Source: Bacillota bacterium (GTDB taxonomy: Bacteria > Bacillota > Bacilli > Alicyclobacillales > SLC66). Taken from it: a stretch of 52,123 nt of DNA. This document shows positions 49,182 through 52,123 of this stretch, one piece after another; within the stretch, counting starts at the first letter, position 1; every line of letters starts with the position of its first letter. Location of the stretch: assembly GCA_021846165.1 (NCBI GenBank), contig JAJZCL010000001.1, positions 1 through 52,123 of the forward strand, in the 5' to 3' direction. The position numbers and the translations under genes are program-made. Below the pieces are notes generated by a model, which saw only the letters and a list, made by a program, of their open reading frames with translations, had not been told where the DNA came from and did no database searches.

Positions 49182-50357
49182 TTGGTCAACCGATTTGATG
49201 AACATATCCAAAGATTCCATACCGCATCTGTCAAATGGGACGGTATGAAGCAGCGTTTTCACACCGATAAGGCTCTTCCCATGTGGGTCGCTGACATGGA
49301 TTTTGCCGCGCCCGAGCCTGTTCTCGAAGCACTGGCACAGAGGGTTCAACACGGTGTTTTTGGATACACCTATCGAACTGAAGAATACCTGAATTCGATT
49401 CGCTCGTGGCTGTTCCGCCGGCACCGCTTCACAATCGATACGTCGTGGATTGCGCATGCGCCGGGTATCGTTCCTGGTGTCGGATTTATCATTGATGCGC
49501 TTACGCAAGTAGGCGATAAAGTGGTCATTCAACCGCCTGTATACTACCCTTTTGAACGCGTCATTCGCAACTATCAACGAGAGGCCGTATACGCCCCGCT
49601 TGCGTTTGATGGCAATCGCTACCACATGGACTTTGACGCTTTAGAAAGACAGTTTCAATCCGGCGCCAAGGCATGGATTCTTTGTAGTCCCCATAACCCT
49701 GTTGGGCGCGTATGGACGGAAGATGAGCTTCGCACTGCCGGTGAATTGGCGCTAGCTTATCACGTCACTGTCATCAGCGATGAAATCCATCATGACCTCG
49801 TTTTCAAACGTTACCGTCATACCCCATTTGCGTCGATAGACGAACGTTTCAAAAACATCAGCGTCACGGCGATCGCGCCGAGCAAGACGTTCAATTTGGC
49901 AGGGTTGCAAACTGCGGTTGTCATCATCCCCAATCCCGACATGCTCATAAAGTACAGGAAAGTCTTGCAAAAGTACTCGATGGAAGGCGCCAACACATTT
50001 GGGGCGCTCGCTTTGGAGGCGGCCTATCGCAGTGGTGAGTCATGGTTAGATGAACTGCTTGATTACCTAGATGACAACCTTACGACGCTGCGACGGTTGT
50101 TAGCCGAGCAAATGCCCGAAATTCACTTGATTGAACCAGAGGGCACCTATTTGGTATGGCTGGATTGCAGAGAATTGGGATTATCCAAAGAAGAATTGGA
50201 TCACTTTTTTATCCATGAAGCAGGGGTCGCCTTGGATGAAGGCCACTTATTCGGAGAGGAAGGCAATGGCTTTCAACGCATAAACCTTGCCTGTCCAAGA
50301 ACAGTTATCGAAGAAGCGGTCACTCGCATCGCCACCGCATGGCACACTAGACATTAA
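49182..50357 (+). CDS. patB: MalY/PatB-family PLP C-S lyase (cystathionine beta-lyase)
   Basis: PMWVADMDF, CSPHNPVGR, SDEIH, APSKTFN. Confidence 0.92.
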   Translation: MVNRFDEHIQRFHTASVKWDGMKQRFHTDKALPMWVADMDFAAPEPVLEALAQRVQHGVFGYTYRTEEYLNSIRSWLFRRHRFTIDTSWIAHAPGIVPGVGFIIDALTQVGDKVVIQPPVYYPFERVIRNYQREAVYAPLAFDGNRYHMDFDALERQFQSGAKAWILCSPHNPVGRVWTEDELRTAGELALAYHVTVISDEIHHDLVFKRYRHTPFASIDERFKNISVTAIAPSKTFNLAGLQTAVVIIPNPDMLIKYRKVLQKYSMEGANTFGALALEAAYRSGESWLDELLDYLDDNLTTLRRLLAEQMPEIHLIEPEGTYLVWLDCRELGLSKEELDHFFIHEAGVALDEGHLFGEEGNGFQRINLACPRTVIEEAVTRIATAWHTRH

Positions 50358-50386
50358 GCTTGAATCCCCATCCATCCTACACCCCT

Positions 50387-50424
50387 AAAACCATGCGCAA
50401 TCCACACAAACTGTGCATGGTTTT
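50387..50424. terminator. Probable bidirectional terminator
   Basis: aaaaccatgcgca...tgtgcatggtttt between the convergent patB and CBS genes. Confidence 0.65.
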
Positions 50425-50929
50425 AGGGGTTGATCGCCAAAAACGTTTTGACGACCGCGCGCACCACATCCCCCCGACTGACAATCCCCATTAAATGTCC
50501 ATCTTTTTCAACGGGAACCTTTTTAATCTTACGCCTAGAAAGCAGATCGGCAACCGCCACAATATCGTCCTGTTCCCGCACGGTCAATACTCGTTTCACG
50601 CCCACATCCAACACGTTCATCTGAACAACCCGCTTCATGTTCTCTTGCAGTTCATCATACTCCGCATCCATTCCGGCTCCTGAGTTCAATCCGATTCCAG
50701 AATAGTATTCAGCCGCCATTGTGAAATAATTCAATGACCGATTCAAGTGCTTGCCGATCTGCCGCATGATGTCGCCGTCGCTGATATAACCAATCAGTCG
50801 CTTGTCGTCATCTACCACCGGCATGCCGCCGATGCCGTGTTCGGCAAACTGTTCCAAGACACTGCGAACCGTGTCCGTCCTTTTCACGGTATACACGTCG
50901 GTAATCATGATGTCCGCCACCTTCACCAC
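50423..50929 (-). CDS. CBS-domain pair protein
   Basis: VADIM, GMPVVD..LIGYISDGD, KVPV..GIVSRGD. Confidence 0.9.
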   Translation of the reverse strand: MVKVADIMITDVYTVKRTDTVRSVLEQFAEHGIGGMPVVDDDKRLIGYISDGDIMRQIGKHLNRSLNYFTMAAEYYSGIGLNSGAGMDAEYDELQENMKRVVQMNVLDVGVKRVLTVREQDDIVAVADLLSRRKIKKVPVEKDGHLMGIVSRGDVVRAVVKTFLAINP

Positions 50930-51090
50930 ACATGCCCCCTTTTTAATCTGATTATGCAGAGCTTTGCACAGATCGTCAACGTTAGTATATCGTTATCGTG
51001 GGTTGTTCTATAATTTTTCATACCCTATACACAATCATGTGGTACGTTTATATAATGAATACAAAATCGCTTGGAGGAATCACTTATTCC

Positions 51091-52123
51091 ATGAAAAATA
51101 CTATCTGCATCGTTGGTTTGGGTTTCATAGGCCTACCTTTAGCCATGTCTTTTTGCGAAAAGGGACTTGCTGTCATCGGGTTGGATGCTGATCAACACAA
51201 GATTGGACAATTGCGACAAGGCCATACTTCGGTTCATGAAGACTATCACGGGGAACCGCTTGTTACTGTGTTACGTCGCCATCTTCAAAGTGGCAGTTTC
51301 ACACCCACTTTCCAGTGGCATGAAACGACGGCGAGTAAGTCATTTATTGTGACTGTCGGTATTCCGGTTGGCCTCGAAGGAGAACTGAACACGCAGCCGC
51401 TGTTGGCGGCAATGAACGACCTCGGACAGGCTCTTAAGCCAGGGGATTTGGTTCTCATTCGCAGCACCCTGGTTCCTGGCATGATGGAAGAACAACTGAT
51501 TCCACGTTTAAGAGCAGCGAGCAAAATGGAGCCAGGTGTGGATTTTCACATCGCCTATGCGGCAGAACGCGTGGCGGAAGGCCGCGCCATGTACGAGTTT
51601 CAAACGCTCGACATTGTACTTGGCGGATACACGAAGACCTGCGCCTCCATGGCAAAAGATTTGTTGGCTGAATTGACTTCAGGACAGTTGCATAGTACGA
51701 CAATGGCGATTGCCGAAGCGGTAAAGGTTGTGGAAAATGCGCAACGAGACGTCAATATCGCGCTCGCCCAACAACTAGCTCGTTATGCGGAGTCACGACA
51801 CATGAATGTCAACGAGTTGATCCGTATGGCGAATACGCATCCCCGAGTCAATCTTTTGGAACCCGGAATTGGCGTCGGCGGTTACTGTATTCCGAACGCT
51901 TACCACTACTTGAACGCCTCACTTGATGACGAGAACGCTTTGCCGCTTTTCCGTCTGGCACGTCAAATTAACGCCTATGTTCCTAATTACCTGATGGACA
52001 GGCTGGCGGGAGAGTTGTTGGCTATGGGCAAACCCATTGCGAAAAGTCGCGTCGCTGTGCTAGGGCTTGGTATGAAGGACGGTTCTAACGACACACGCAA
52101 CAGCCCTGCCGTCGATTGCGCGG
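51091..52123 (+). CDS. Nucleotide-sugar (UDP-HexNAc/UDP-Glc) dehydrogenase, partial (runs off the window edge)
   Basis: MKNTICIVGLGFIGLP, RSTLVPG, KVVENAQRDVNIA, PGIGVGGYCIP; GGAGG RBS. Confidence 0.9.
   Translation, partial: MKNTICIVGLGFIGLPLAMSFCEKGLAVIGLDADQHKIGQLRQGHTSVHEDYHGEPLVTVLRRHLQSGSFTPTFQWHETTASKSFIVTVGIPVGLEGELNTQPLLAAMNDLGQALKPGDLVLIRSTLVPGMMEEQLIPRLRAASKMEPGVDFHIAYAAERVAEGRAMYEFQTLDIVLGGYTKTCASMAKDLLAELTSGQLHSTTMAIAEAVKVVENAQRDVNIALAQQLARYAESRHMNVNELIRMANTHPRVNLLEPGIGVGGYCIPNAYHYLNASLDDENALPLFRLARQINAYVPNYLMDRLAGELLAMGKPIAKSRVAVLGLGMKDGSNDTRNSPAVDCA

Noticed and set aside
49092..49625. 177-aa minus-strand ORF
   Set aside because: Antisense to the well-supported patB gene; no independent evidence.

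Overview
Origin-proximal chromosomal segment of an endospore-forming Bacilli genome; gene content and order suggest an Alicyclobacillaceae-like organism (inference). Bases 1-27,010 are mostly the conserved minus-strand backbone tadA-tRNA(Ser)-SRP RNA-dnaX-yaaK-recR-yaaL-bofA...csfB-yaaO-tmk-yaaR-holB-yabA-rsmI-(abrB)-metG-tatD-rnmV-rsmA-yabG-veg-sspF-ispE-purR-ridA-spoVG-glmU, with lineage-specific additions: cyanophycin genes cphB-cphA, a SigK-like sigma factor beside abrB, and a MurJ/SpoVB-like flippase. Bases 27,111-37,561 carry asnB, a second guanylate kinase and a lysine-acylation module (N-terminal GNAT Pat-type enzyme, sirtuin, three soluble chemoreceptors, AMP-forming acyl-CoA synthetase). 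After tRNA-Arg(CCU) lies an accessory region: a decayed IS200/IS605 tnpB; an intact type III toxin-antitoxin locus (ToxN/AbiQ-like RNase preceded by 4.3 copies of a 40-nt pseudoknot antitoxin repeat and a terminator); a threonine-synthase-like/aldehyde dehydrogenase/omega-aminotransferase/atypical PanD cluster that may make or process C2-C3 sulfonates; sulfoquinovose genes (sqdB-gtrA-sqdX-like); galE; patB; a CBS protein; and a nucleotide-sugar dehydrogenase cut off by the window end. The best leads are the ToxIN variant, the putative sulfonate pathway with an Arg54-less PanD, the tadA/tRNA/Alu-less SRP RNA arrangement, and a short terminator-containing metG leader. All assignments come from reading the sequence and recalling family motifs; no database search was run.
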